From NCBI GenBank assembly GCA_965644295.1, contig CBFFRP010000259.1:1-64000 (forward strand): a stretch of 64,000 bases of DNA, in the 5' to 3' direction. Positions within the stretch are counted from its first letter, which is position 1; every line of letters starts with the position of its first letter. The notes under the pieces are model-generated. The model was not told the DNA's origin. It did no database searches and was given only the letters and a program-made list of their open reading frames with translations. A program made the position numbers and the translations under genes. Positions 47,801 to 59,963 of this stretch are shown here, piece after piece. The DNA is from Paraphysomonas bandaiensis (lineage: Eukaryota; Protista; Chrysophyceae).

Positions 47801-48378
47801 ACATACATACATACATACATACATACATACATACATACATACATACATACATACATACATACATACATACATACATACATACATACATACATACATACAT
47901 ACATACATACATACATGCATACATACATACATACATACATACATACATACATACATACATACATACATACATACATACATACATACATACATACATACAT
48001 ACATACATACATACATACATACATACATACATACATACATACATACATACATACATACATACATACATACATACATACATACATACATACATACATACAT
48101 ACATACATACATACATACATACATACATACATACATACATACATACATACATACATACATACATACATACATACATACATACATACATACATACATACAT
48201 ACATACATACATACATACATACATACATACATACATACATACATACATACATACATACATACATACCTACATACCTACATACCTACATACATACATACAT
48301 ACATACATACATACATACATACATACATACATACATACATACATACATACATACATACATACATACATACATACATAC
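47801..48378. repeat. (ACAT)n microsatellite, ~580 bp
   Basis: Directly visible and almost perfect. Confidence 0.99.
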
Positions 48379-48546
48379 TCCAATCAGTTCACACAGTTTA
48401 TATTTTAGGTGTTTCAATTGGCTGGTATTTCACAGTCCGTCAACCATCGAGTGCACAGCACTGCTCCACCATTCTATATATAGAGCAGGCTTCCAATACA
48501 CTCTCACTTATATCACTCATCCCTTTTCCACGTAATAACTGTAGAT

Positions 48547-50073
48547 ATGGATGAACTGAAGTTAACGGGAGTGGTTCTGAATAAACGCAAGCAGCGCTCA
48601 TCGACAACATGCTGCATTAAAGCCCATATTAAGAGCATCTCTCATAGCGATCAGTCTTCTTGTGAGGAGCGTTATCAACAGTTAGCTTATTTGGAGTGTG
48701 GAGAGGATACTGTTCTCCTCCCTAGTGGCGTTAGTGTTGATATAATGAACTACGTGACATGTGATTCTGTAATAGAAGTCACTGGTAGAGTACACGTTGA
48801 GAATGACGAGAGCGATGGTCTCAAAGTTGAATTGTATACTCTCACTGTGTTGCGTATTGCTCCTAAACCTGCGCAGATTAAGCAACTACTTGCTGCTGAA
48901 TCCTCACTCAGCTCAAATGACGAATTAACCAGACGCTTCTTTTCAGACATCCTGAGCGTCGAAAAAGAAGCAGTTACACGTACAGGGAATAGTACTGATG
49001 TACTCAGTATGCTACAGAGTGGAAAGTTGAAGGTCAAAGATCATATACATACTATGACCAATAGAGTAAATACCGCTCCTCCTCCACGATGCAAGCGAGT
49101 CCCTCCAGAGGAAAGAGCCCTCGTGAAATGGGCGGAAGATGTTGCTACTGATATGTACAAACAGATTCCAAAAGCAAGCATAGAAATTAACTGCACAGAT
49201 TCTGAAGAACCCAGTTGTGTACGCAGTTGTAGTGGTTCTAATGATTGTGCCATCAACTTACCTGTGGGAGTGGCTGACTGTCCCTCTCGCACAGGTCCTC
49301 TCACTCGCCTCGAGTATATCCATGGAAAGAAAGAGCCCCAAACGCAGTGGATAGTATCCAGACTTTTAGCTCTAATGGGCGGTGATTTACGAAACGTACA
49401 CATCTTAGATGTTGGAGGCGGTAGGGGAGATTTAGCCGTGGCGATTGCACTCCAAATGCATGCCCAAGGTGCAGACACAAGCTCGATAACTATTGTAGAT
49501 GTCAACAGCAGGAGTCTACAGGATGGACGTGGTTATGCGGAGCGTCGGGGAGTAGAACGTCACACGGAATTCATTGAGGGTGACGTGCGGGACTACATGG
49601 CTCAGTATAGAGTAGTTGAGGGAGTAAGGGAGGTTGTTGTTGGCCTACATGCCTGTGGAGACTTGTCTGATTTGGCAATCGAGTATGCAGCTAAGATTAG
49701 GGCAGGGTTTATAGTTGTTCCTTGTTGTTTCAGCAAGTGTTTTCGACCATCTGAGACAGCTGGATGGTTACAGCAGCTGAGATGGCATTCCTGTCAACTA
49801 CAATCCCCTGTTCCCATTGCTCAGAATGCTGATGGGGAGGACGGCAATTGGTTACAAGCTCGTTCTTTATTAGGAAAAATTGCTGAGAGTCAGCCCCGCG
49901 ATTTGTCCTGGAAGTGTATGCAAATTATTAATATGCTACGGCTTATTCATATTCTCAGCGTTACTGAGAAAAGTTGTACATGGGAACTTTCACTTGAGGC
50001 ATTCTCTAGATCATTTAGCATGAGAAACATGGTCGTATGCGGGAAATACACATGCAATGCTGAAATATTTTAA
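48547..50073 (+). CDS. Class I SAM-dependent methyltransferase (Methyltransf_32-like), possible N-terminal OB-like region
   Basis: ILDVGGGRGDL, IVDVN, VGLHACGDLSD and VPCCF motifs. Confidence 0.88.
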   Translation: MDELKLTGVVLNKRKQRSSTTCCIKAHIKSISHSDQSSCEERYQQLAYLECGEDTVLLPSGVSVDIMNYVTCDSVIEVTGRVHVENDESDGLKVELYTLTVLRIAPKPAQIKQLLAAESSLSSNDELTRRFFSDILSVEKEAVTRTGNSTDVLSMLQSGKLKVKDHIHTMTNRVNTAPPPRCKRVPPEERALVKWAEDVATDMYKQIPKASIEINCTDSEEPSCVRSCSGSNDCAINLPVGVADCPSRTGPLTRLEYIHGKKEPQTQWIVSRLLALMGGDLRNVHILDVGGGRGDLAVAIALQMHAQGADTSSITIVDVNSRSLQDGRGYAERRGVERHTEFIEGDVRDYMAQYRVVEGVREVVVGLHACGDLSDLAIEYAAKIRAGFIVVPCCFSKCFRPSETAGWLQQLRWHSCQLQSPVPIAQNADGEDGNWLQARSLLGKIAESQPRDLSWKCMQIINMLRLIHILSVTEKSCTWELSLEAFSRSFSMRNMVVCGKYTCNAEIF

Positions 50074-50228
50074 AGAACGTTTATATTATGGAATTGTATA
50101 TATGCATGTGTCTGTGTTGTAATCTTGCCCTGTAGTGGAGAAAATTTGTTTTTTCGAAAATTACGAAAGTTATAGTATAACAATCCTGAATGCAATGCTC
50201 AAGCTTATTATCATGATATTTTCGTGAA

Positions 50229-50805
50229 CATCGGTGGGATGAATTCGGTACCTATAGGTGTATTTTAATATAATTAGAGATACCTATCAGTATGAAATTT
50301 AGAGGTCCCACTTGTAGGAAGACTATAAGTACGTGTAAGAGCGGCACCTATTCGAAAACCTATAAGCTGTTGTCACGTTTCCCTAATAGAGTATAAGGCG
50401 ATAAATGCAATGTGAACAATTGTAATATGTAACCAAAGATACTAAATAGCTATAACTGTGAAACTGAAGTATTGTATCATGACAATTCAAGTTACGAAAG
50501 TTGATCAGTGGTTGACATGAACAAAATATATTGTTGCGTTGTTGATATTCTTTTAAATGACATATATAACGTATATGATATATCACGGTCTCACGGTGTA
50601 TGCAATATAATAATCGGGTCTATCTAGTTTTATTACTACAAACTTTTTTCCAACGATCTAAATTGATTGAAAAATGTACAATAGTCAATATAGGCACTAC
50701 TTACTGCCCAAAAATGTACCTATAGGTAGATAAAGGTACCCAGAAAGCACAGTCGATTTTAATTACAAAAGTACCTATAGGGACTCAGCGCGAGATCCAC
50801 CGATG
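50229..50805 (-). mobile_element. Non-autonomous derivative (MITE) of the Plavaka element, in opposite orientation
   Basis: Ends CATCGGTGGGATGAATTCGGTACCTATAGG and GTACCTATAGGGACTCAGCGCGAGATCCACCGATG match the right and left ends of 8190-14540 respectively. Confidence 0.85.
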
Positions 50806-51940
50806 TAGTATATGTGTACACGTGTACACTACTATTATTATTTTTTTACTATACTTATATTATCTTAATATATATATAACAGACAATGCTCAGAAGTGTT
50901 ACGACCATCATAGTGAAGATAGTCATGCTCAAGGTGCTCCTGCGATGCGGATTCAAGCGGTGGCTTGCCATTTGCTGTGAAGTCAAAGTGTAATATATCC
51001 CTAATCTCAACGAGCATTTTCTATTGAGAAGAAATGAATAATTCCCAGTTACCAAATATTATTATGTTCATTAGTCACTTAACTTACTTGAATTTACCTT
51101 ATATACCTCTGCTCTGGTCAGTATGGGCTCAACATGCAACCCTCCCCCATTTTAAATAGGTATGCACGTTGTTCTACATCATGCGTGCAAGCAGTACAAC
51201 AACGTAGCTTCAGAAGGGTAGTCCATTCTCTCATCACCATTTGCAATTTTGTGTCCTTCAAGTATGGTGTTTTTACAGTTCAGAAGCTTATATTAGTCCC
51301 TCGACATCATTCTCTACACACGTATCGATAACAAGTTTCGTTCCTTTTACGCTAATAGCCATACACATATCCTCGTTTAACACATAGGAGCCTGACACCC
51401 CCCATGATGAGATATAGATCACAACATGCGGTCGGATCTCAGTGTCATATAGTCGCTGTATAGAGTCGTTGACATGTAGTATGCGTATGACTGCATCGAA
51501 TAGACAGCTATACAGTACTCAGACGTTACTGGCTCCAATAACTGCTATCCAATACCTGGTTTTCTTCATTTGAATATGTGCGGTGGATGGTATCTGCATG
51601 CACATCCTCTTAAAGACACTACAGACAAGATACTCCTCGGCTGCACTGTATACTGCTGCATACGACGGTATACCGTATACACCGTTCAACTACAGCACAG
51701 CATAGATAGAGAGGCATGTGATGTCTGTTACAGTATCTCTCTATATACAGCACTGTACTCTGTGCTTTATCGCTCATTTCCCATTCTCAGACTACAGCGT
51801 ATTCCATACACACACATACACCGGATTGCATTCAATGCATCCACTTACAGAGTAACCAACAGCACTGCCTCTAGTCAAACATACATACACCACTTATTCA
51901 TTACTGCATAATTGTATTTCATTTCGAGTTGCATTGAACG

Positions 51941-53041
51941 ATGGCTGATATCAGTGTGGTATGTTGCTCCAACATATGCTGATATCTCTGTGATTGATTG
52001 TACAGGTTATGGCTGGAGTGTTTGCCGGTATACTGATATTCCTCCTTATCCTTGCACAGTTTCTGACTGTAAAGGCACCGGGGAATTGGCTTTGCACTAG
52101 TGATAATCGTGCGAAGGGTCAATTTGAAAATTATGCGATATGCTACTCTGTCGTGTGGATTTCTGTATTCGCTGTTGTAGTTGCTGGGCAGTACTACGAG
52201 CAGTTCGATGAGGTCTTATATCGGCACTGAATTTTATTTTTCTAAAATTAATATTTGTACAGACCCACTATATGGTGCTGTGTGTGTCCTTGGCCCTTCC
52301 GTTTCTCCTCCAGCCGCTTCTGTACCCTTTTCCTGCAGAGGAAAATCTACCTCTATGCTCGAGATATTCGTTTAAGGCGAATGTGTGGATCGCTATTTTC
52401 AGCTTTATTGGAAACTATTGGTATACCCACTACTTTTATTCTGTCTTGAAGGCAAAATATTCGTTTTCCAGCTGGCGTTTAAATGATGTACCAATCCCTC
52501 TGTACTTTGCTACTCACTTCTATTTTGTCTTCTACCACACTATGTCCAACCTTATCCTGAGAAAAATTGAAAGTCGATATGCGAGTAATTTTTTCCGGAC
52601 CCTTTTCTTTTGGAGCACTGTGCTTGCGTTTTCTTACTTTACTGCTTTCATGGAAACTCTGACGATCTCAAGTTTTCCGGATTATAGCTTCGAAGACCGC
52701 TACATGGCCTACACTGTTGGTTCTGCTTTCTATGGAATTTACTTTATTGTCAGCTACCCTGTGTTTTACAGGTATATTTATGTGGGCATTTTGTATTTGT
52801 TTGAATCGTGACTGAATTACTGTGTGCCATTTTTTCATGGATTCGTTGTGCTGATATGTATTCATGTAGATTGGACGAGAAGTGTGGTAAGGATGTGGCG
52901 CCACACACTCTTTATCAGACATGTATGGATGCTTTCGGGGCAAGTATGATCGTTCTCTGCCTGCTTGATTTCTGTCGCCTTGCTATGGCCATTCCTCTAT
53001 CCATCACGGGAAAGCTTTATTATCTATTCAAAAAGGTTTGA
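51941..53041 (+). CDS. CPI1: Cycloeucalenol cycloisomerase (cyclopropylsterol isomerase), multi-exon
   Basis: KANVWIAIFSFIGNYWYTHYFY, RLNDVP, FTAFMETL, VGSAFYGIYFIVSYP.F.RLDE; multi-pass hydrophobic protein. Confidence 0.92.
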
Positions 53042-53370
53042 GTTGTTCAATAGAGTTTGAGTTGATTTGTCGCATGCAATATGTATCACTCTCATGTAAT
53101 AATTAAAACCGAGTGAGCATTTCCTCTTTGAGTTAAATTTTATCACCAGGATAGAGTGCTATTAATACTTGACACTAATTTATTGATAAGACCTTGCACA
53201 GTAGTGAAGCGGTTCCAACAAAACTGTGCTCAACACTCAAATAAGTATCTATCTACCTTAGCAAGGTTGCTTTCACGGCCTAGAAAACTACACTTCTCCT
53301 GTAAATAACACCAAAAATAAAGCTCTTTATCTCACAAGAAGGAAGTCTTTGTTATACATTAGCCAGTTAC

Positions 53371-54118
53371 TCAACCTTTTCGGCCAATAATAAAGTCCAA
53401 AAATCCTTTGAACAACGAATCAGGTACCGCCACAAGCTCCATTCTAAAGTAAAGCGTGGCATGAGGAGGAATTTTTCCTGCCCCATCTCTTCCGTATCCT
53501 AAGTGAGGTGGAATAATGAGCTCTCGCACAGTACCCTCTTGCATGCCTGATAATAAGGCCTCATCCCAGCCCTTGATAACACGACCAGTGCCAGCCTAAA
53601 CAATATACAGGTTAGATCCCGTCACTACGACTCACTCGCACATTTATGACTAAAGGCACACTTACCGTGAACTGTAGTGGGCGCCCTCTATCCAAGCTCG
53701 AGTCAAATTTCTGATCACTGTCAAATCCTTCAAGCCAGCCAGTGTAATGTACTCGCACAGTATCTCCTATTAGCACAATTATAACATACTAAATCCACAG
53801 TACTCGCTGTACCAGCTGTTGGGGTTCGGCCAGTACCAACTCTAACATCCCGATACTGTAAGCCACTCGTAGTGGTCACAAATGGCTGTTCATCGGAAGA
53901 ACAGGATGCCTAACAATAACTCACAGTCATTATAAGAACTTAAAAGAGCAGTGTTCAATAACCATAGCCATAGAGGAGGCAGCCAGTAGTGCACCAGAGC
54001 AGGCAGCAGCTTTCACTCGTGGACTGACTCTTCTCACAAGCCCAACGCAAAAACCTCGACCTGTGTTCCCAAAAACAACCTTCTGGAACCTTAAAAATGA
54101 TCTAAAGTATCTATTCAT
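53371..54118 (-). CDS. FKBP-type peptidyl-prolyl isomerase with a possible organellar presequence (ends approximate)
   Basis: Spliced exons give [42 protein letters not shown] and [23 protein letters not shown]. Confidence 0.92.
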
Positions 54119-54675
54119 ATTGCCAATATTTAACTGTAGTCGTGAGAAGAATGTGAGCTGCCAGACACGTACATTAAACTCATCACCACTTAACTCGCTC
54201 ATCATACCTGCCATACTAAATATACAGCAGTATACCTCCAGATATGGTTTTAGTCCTACGAAAATATTGAGTTTTATAGATAGAAACTCCCGAAAGTGCT
54301 GAAAACTATGTTTTATTTCTCATGGTCACCGGAAATAGGCTTTTTCTGCATCCTCCTCAATGTATCGAAGTTTAGAACAAATGGCTACATCCCCAGTTCA
54401 AGTTCTACTACTGCACGCACATATATATAGCCTGTTGTACAACAGCAGTGTACTGTACGTATACATATCCTCTCCTCATATATATGCACTGGGCTGGACT
54501 GCTGTGTGAATGATATATACTCCACACTGCTCTGTTGTACGTATCATACTCAACCAGAGCAGTGCATCGCATCACATTTCTCTTCATTTACTTCCAGGGA
54601 TAAGGGAACATCTGAGTCGCCACTGTTAGCGTGGTCACTGGTCATATACATACATACATATATACATACATATAT

Positions 54676-55923
54676 ATGCTCACCAAGTCGATAAAGTTTC
54701 GTGAGAGAAAACTTATCGTTTATATTATCGGCTGTGTTTTCACTGCTATTGCTGTCGTATTTTTACTGTATTATGGGTCTTCAGTAACACCATTAGAAGA
54801 CCCTCAAGCTACAATTGCTTCGCTGACGAGAGCGTTTGCTGCTGACTCAGAATTAGAGCCTCAAAGTGCAGTATTCGTATCATGGCCAGAGTTGAAGGCG
54901 TTTCCGGGAGAGAGTAGCTATCCACAATATACGCCGCTACTAGATGTGATCAAGTCATGGAACCCTGATGTAGCCGAACCACCTGAGAGGTTTGTTGAGA
55001 CTTTGCAGCACTTTAATTACAGTGATCCATACGAGAGGAAATTAGCAGAGGAGTATCGCAATGCAGAGGTCCCGTTTAAATTGTATGATGTTCCGAATAT
55101 AGACCAAGTTAGATTAAAATGGAACAAACAGTATTTAGCTGGTGCAATGCGATATGAAACTCCACACGTGGAAAAGTCTACCAACAACCATTTTATGTAC
55201 TGGACCAAGAAAAGGAAGAGTGGGAGAGACTACAAACCTCCAACCGATTTGATTAAGATGACATTCGCAGAATGGAGTGAAGAAGCCGAGAGAGCAGACC
55301 GACTTAAACTAAATAATGAATCGGTGCACTACTATTATATGCTTGGAAGTAGGCCAGGAGACAGGTCGAAATCCTTCATTGCCAAAGATCTGCCGATATT
55401 CTCGACTCGCGACCCAAATTTTTTTATTCCGAATCCTAGGGCCAACAAAGGAACACAATGTAGATTTGGAATGAGGGGAGTGATTGCTGAGGCGCACTAC
55501 GATTCTGGACGTAACATGGTGGCTATGATACGAGGGCGAAAGAGGTATATACTCACTCCTCCAAAGACGTGCAAGTATTTGGGCATCATATCTGACATGA
55601 AGCATCCTTCGTTCCGACACTCCATCATTGATTGGAGTGATATACAACAGGCCACTGCCCATAGGTTCGATCAAGTTGATAGTATAGATACCATAGTGCG
55701 AACAGGAGAGGTTCTGTACATTCCTTCGTTCTGGTTTCACTACATTATATCGCTCGAGTATTCCATTCAGTGCAACTCTCGTAGTGGATTTCCTGATGAC
55801 ATGAAGGGGGCGGAATATATTGAGCGAAGTGATTGTATAGACAGCGTCCTAGGCGATACTCAGGCAAGGAGGCGGAAAAGAAAAAATGAGAGCGACAAGA
55901 TGTCTTTGAAACAAGAAAGGTAA
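54676..55923 (+). CDS. JmjC/cupin-like 2OG-Fe(II) oxygenase with an N-terminal membrane anchor
   Basis: AEAHYDSGRN, GRKRYIL and GEVLYIPSFWFHYI (H-x-D...H triad); hydrophobic N-terminal helix. Confidence 0.88.
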   Translation: MLTKSIKFRERKLIVYIIGCVFTAIAVVFLLYYGSSVTPLEDPQATIASLTRAFAADSELEPQSAVFVSWPELKAFPGESSYPQYTPLLDVIKSWNPDVAEPPERFVETLQHFNYSDPYERKLAEEYRNAEVPFKLYDVPNIDQVRLKWNKQYLAGAMRYETPHVEKSTNNHFMYWTKKRKSGRDYKPPTDLIKMTFAEWSEEAERADRLKLNNESVHYYYMLGSRPGDRSKSFIAKDLPIFSTRDPNFFIPNPRANKGTQCRFGMRGVIAEAHYDSGRNMVAMIRGRKRYILTPPKTCKYLGIISDMKHPSFRHSIIDWSDIQQATAHRFDQVDSIDTIVRTGEVLYIPSFWFHYIISLEYSIQCNSRSGFPDDMKGAEYIERSDCIDSVLGDTQARRRKRKNESDKMSLKQER

Positions 55924-57595
55924 TTGTTAGAAGTTGCTGCGAGTATGTGTTACTTGTATACTTTAATTGCTAGTATATATGTAGTTATACTTTAGTCATA
56001 CAGTAATAAGTAGTACTATGTTGATTAATTGAGGTTGTAGTATATTTAGTAGCACATAGCTATGTATGCGATTATTACACTTTAGCCTAGAGTAGGTTAG
56101 CAAATTTTCTCCGCGTGTTGTATACTTGTATACTACATACATATTATGAACTTATGCCTTGTGAGTCAATTACATTACAATTACATTCGCAAACACAGCA
56201 AGTCAATAATTTATGTTTCAGCATAATACACTAGATTCTTGTTATATTGTTGCAATTACGAGGTTGGAATGTAGTCGTGAGCTGACTTCCAACTATAATA
56301 TCTCAATGCAATTGTCCTGCGATTAAAAATCCTTGGTGAAGTTGGGAGTAGTCTCTTCTGGCCTCTGCTTTTATCACAGCAGCACTCTTTGGTGTGCTAG
56401 AGATTCTGTGTGTAGCCACGATCACCTTCTAAAGACTGAGAGGACACTATTCTCTACTCGTTTGTTTGAAGTCTTTGTGCATTATCACTGCGTGTTTCAG
56501 CTCATCTACACATATGGCTCCGAAGAAGGACATTAAAAAGAAGCCGTAGCCCTCAAAGCAATATGACCCCCGAAGAATCACTATTTAAGATATGGGGATC
56601 AAAGCAACTATATGATATTCAAAGAGCAGATAAAAATTGGGCCACGTACGATAAGGCCGCTCAGCGAGATTCTTGGAGACAGGAGAATACTATAAGCCGC
56701 CACGTCTGTCAGACGAATACGATTCGAACACAGATCCAAGTGGCATCGCTCGACTACATGTGAAAGACGAAATTAAAGAACACAATCGAGAGGTATTCCC
56801 GATGACGAATGACAGGGCGCCATTTTACAGTTTCATCATAAGGCTGGCTTACAAATATGCTCACTGGAGGATACACACTGCAAATATATCTGCCTTTGGG
56901 TACGGCATAGGCACTTGTAAGGAACATCGGAATGACATGGCACACAAGTAGTTGCTTAGTTTGATCTGTCACAGATGAAGAGCAGTGCTGAGAATTGATT
57001 GGGTTGTTATCAGTCGCAGTTGCTGGAATACTATACCGGTTGCAAGTGTATCATTGATGGACACTGAATAGCGAATATCTGCACCATATATTTCAATGAG
57101 TCAAGCAAAACTGTTGCTTGTCTGTGTACAGCACCAGGTCACAGCCATGCTGGTGTACATGATCCTTGTAGAAATGAGAAAATAGTGGTGAGAAGTAGGC
57201 GAAATACTCGGTTTTACTGGGATTTCCCATTATCTCAGAAGAAAATAGGGATTTTATATTACTCATTGAGAAAACTATGTGAAAAAGAAAATTTGGGATG
57301 GTACAGCAGCCACACTACGACTGTACTGCTGTTCGTAGTACTGTATTTTTTCTTTATTCGTACTGCTGGGTCTGTATTCTCTGTTCTGTCTACATGCATA
57401 TATACAGCAGTACATCGTATATGGTATATACGCATAGAGGGAAAGGCTGTATATATATGTCGCCGTTCATTCGAGAATATGACCGACACATTGAACACCT
57501 AACAACACTATCAATCACATCCAACTCAACTCAATCATCTCTTAAATCACAATTCACAATCATTGAATTACTTCAAGTACTTAACAGTAATAAAC

Positions 57596-58130
57596 ATGGA
57601 ACGAACACATCCATATGAATCATGTGCCTCTACAACTACAACAACTACAGCCACTACTACAGTTGCCCCAACTGAAACAGAACAAAAACAACGACTTGTA
57701 CTTCGATTACGTGAGAAGAAAGTCACATGGGATGAAGAGGTCGTCAATAATGAACACTTGGGAAGGAAGAGCTCGAAGCGTAAGTGAATATGTGCATATA
57801 TATATATGTATACGTAGAGCCCACTGATGTATGCATGTATGTATGCATGTATGTATGTATGTATGTATGCATGTATGTATGTATGTATGTATGCATGTAT
57901 GTATGTATACGTAGAGCCCACTGATGTGTGTGTATGTATATGTACAGTCCTCTCATATACATGCATATATATACACTTACATATATGTATATACAGGCTG
58001 CTGTATCTTTCATAAGCAAAAACGATTTGGAGAAAGCGATTCGGATGAGAGTGACTCTGATATAGAAGAAGCGGAGAATTCCAGTTCAAATGGCGGTGGA
58101 GTTAAGCCTTATCAGCGTCATCATGCGTAA
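57596..58130 (+). CDS. YPI1: Protein phosphatase 1 inhibitor-3 (PPP1R11/Ypi1 family), one intron at ~57780-57997
   Basis: LVLRL..KKVTWDEEVVNNEHLGRKSSK|CCIFHK..FGESDSDESD. Confidence 0.93.
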
Positions 58131-58662
58131 CTGTACTGTACTATGCTATACTTTGATATACTAACTGATACACGAGTCATCTGAGGACATAACTGATTGA
58201 GATGTATATATGTGTGTGTTACTCGTGAGACACTTTATAACAATATATATATGAATATATTAAGATCTTCACTGTTGATATCTTGTTTCGAATATTTAAG
58301 CTTATCTTCAACAGCGACGCAGAAGCACAAAGCAATCCCAACAATGATGCTATACAATATATAATGACTTCACTGTGAAGAAATTTACTTTAGTACATTG
58401 TAGCCTTGGTATTCAATACTTGTGGTGTTGTAAAATATTTGTAATGTTGTGGTAAAGCTGACTGTCGAGTAGTATGAATTAAGCTCATACAGCAGAAGTG
58501 TATTTTTTGTAGCTTTAACTCAAACAGTATGCAGTCAAAAACTTATTTTGTCAATTTCTTATTACTTTTGCACCATCACACTCCATGTTTCTGATGTATG
58601 TCCAATATTATGTATTATTGTTGTACATCATACTACTTTCTCGAAAAAATACAAAAAAGTAT

Positions 58663-59435
58663 CACTTGTGTAGTCCTTTTTTGCCTTGACGAATAAACAG
58701 GAATTCGGGAATGGGCCCACCTTAACGGCATCTGGGGTATTGCGCTGTCTACTAAAGTCAAGCACCCGGGCTAGTCCACCTTAAGGACAGAGAGCAAAAG
58801 TGGCTGCACCTTCGTGCTTGCAGTGACACACAAGCAGCTTTCGTGGGGCCGAATAGTAGAATATCAGAGTTAAGCACTAGTTAGTTAAATTGTTTTGCAA
58901 ATCAGTCTTTCACTACTACGGCTTGATTAAATTGTCCAATTTAAAACTGGGAATTCAAACTATCCAGGGAAAGGTGATACCTAGAACGCGTTCTACTAAT
59001 ATATTTTATATTTAATATAGTCCCTCAACAAAGTCGGACTCGCACCTTTTCGTGGTGTTCTGGGGGATAAGTACCGGAGAGATTCTCTCTGGGAAACTAA
59101 CGTGAGCCGCAAACATAGTGAGCAGATATTGTTCTGCCCACTCATAGCCGAATGCTTGTGTGGTACAAGGGACACCAATAAGTGTCACTTGTGTAGACGT
59201 CTTTGGGCCCTGACGAATAAACAGGCATCCGGAAGTGGGCCCACCTCAAGGGCATCCTGGACAGGGCCCACCTGAAGGGTAACCGGGGTATTGGGCTGCC
59301 TGCTGAAGTCAAGCATCCGGCATGTTCACCTTAAGAACTCAGAACGGAAGTGGTTGCACCTTGGTGCTTGCGGCGACGCACAAGCAGCTTTCGTAGCGTT
59401 AAATAGTAGGATAATAGAGTTTGTACTGATTAGTT
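58663..59435. repeat. Two diverged tandem copies of the repeat family seen at 37380-38960
   Basis: CACTTGTGTAG...TGACGAATAAACAGG...GGGCCCACCT...AAGTCAAGCA...CACCTTAAG...GCAGCTTTCGT occurs at ~58663-58850 and ~59186-59400. Confidence 0.85.
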
Positions 59436-59963
59436 ACAGGTAGAGGTCTAACTAGTATGTCTAGCATTCATCTAGCTACTAAATCGGTGCAGGTTTTTAA
59501 CGCCTATTGCTAAATAAAAGACTTTCAATATCGTAATATATTTAATATAGTCATTCTTTGTTCGTTAATTCGTAAATTCAGTATAAATATACTTGCCAAC
59601 TAGTGTTTACAGATGCTCAAAACTATTCACAACTCACATGTAAAAATCTAAATCTAAATAGAGTGGTAAGTTTCAATCAACTGTTGCCTAACTTCTAATA
59701 TTATAGAACAAGACGTCACATTCGACAATAATAACACGTTAATGAAGAAATCAATCAGAAATTGTAAAATTAAAATAAATCAATAAGAACATAGCGTAAA
59801 ATACACGTTATATATGGCCGTAGACTCTATACCCACATAATAATACTACAAAGTACACAAACAACTTGAGACGGTGCACATCTCTTGCCTATACTCAATT
59901 CTATCACTTTTAAACCGAGTAACTCATCTATCGCCTTTATGAAAATATATACCGTAAAAGACT

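Noticed and set aside
56330-57180. Short ORFs, possibly a decayed retroelement gag
   Set aside because: Fragmented, with no diagnostic motif, LTR pair or TSD that I can identify.
59186-59250. Hammerhead ribozyme (CTGACGA) in the dispersed repeat
   Set aside because: No properly placed GAAA or supporting stems, and CTGA is not conserved in the other copies.
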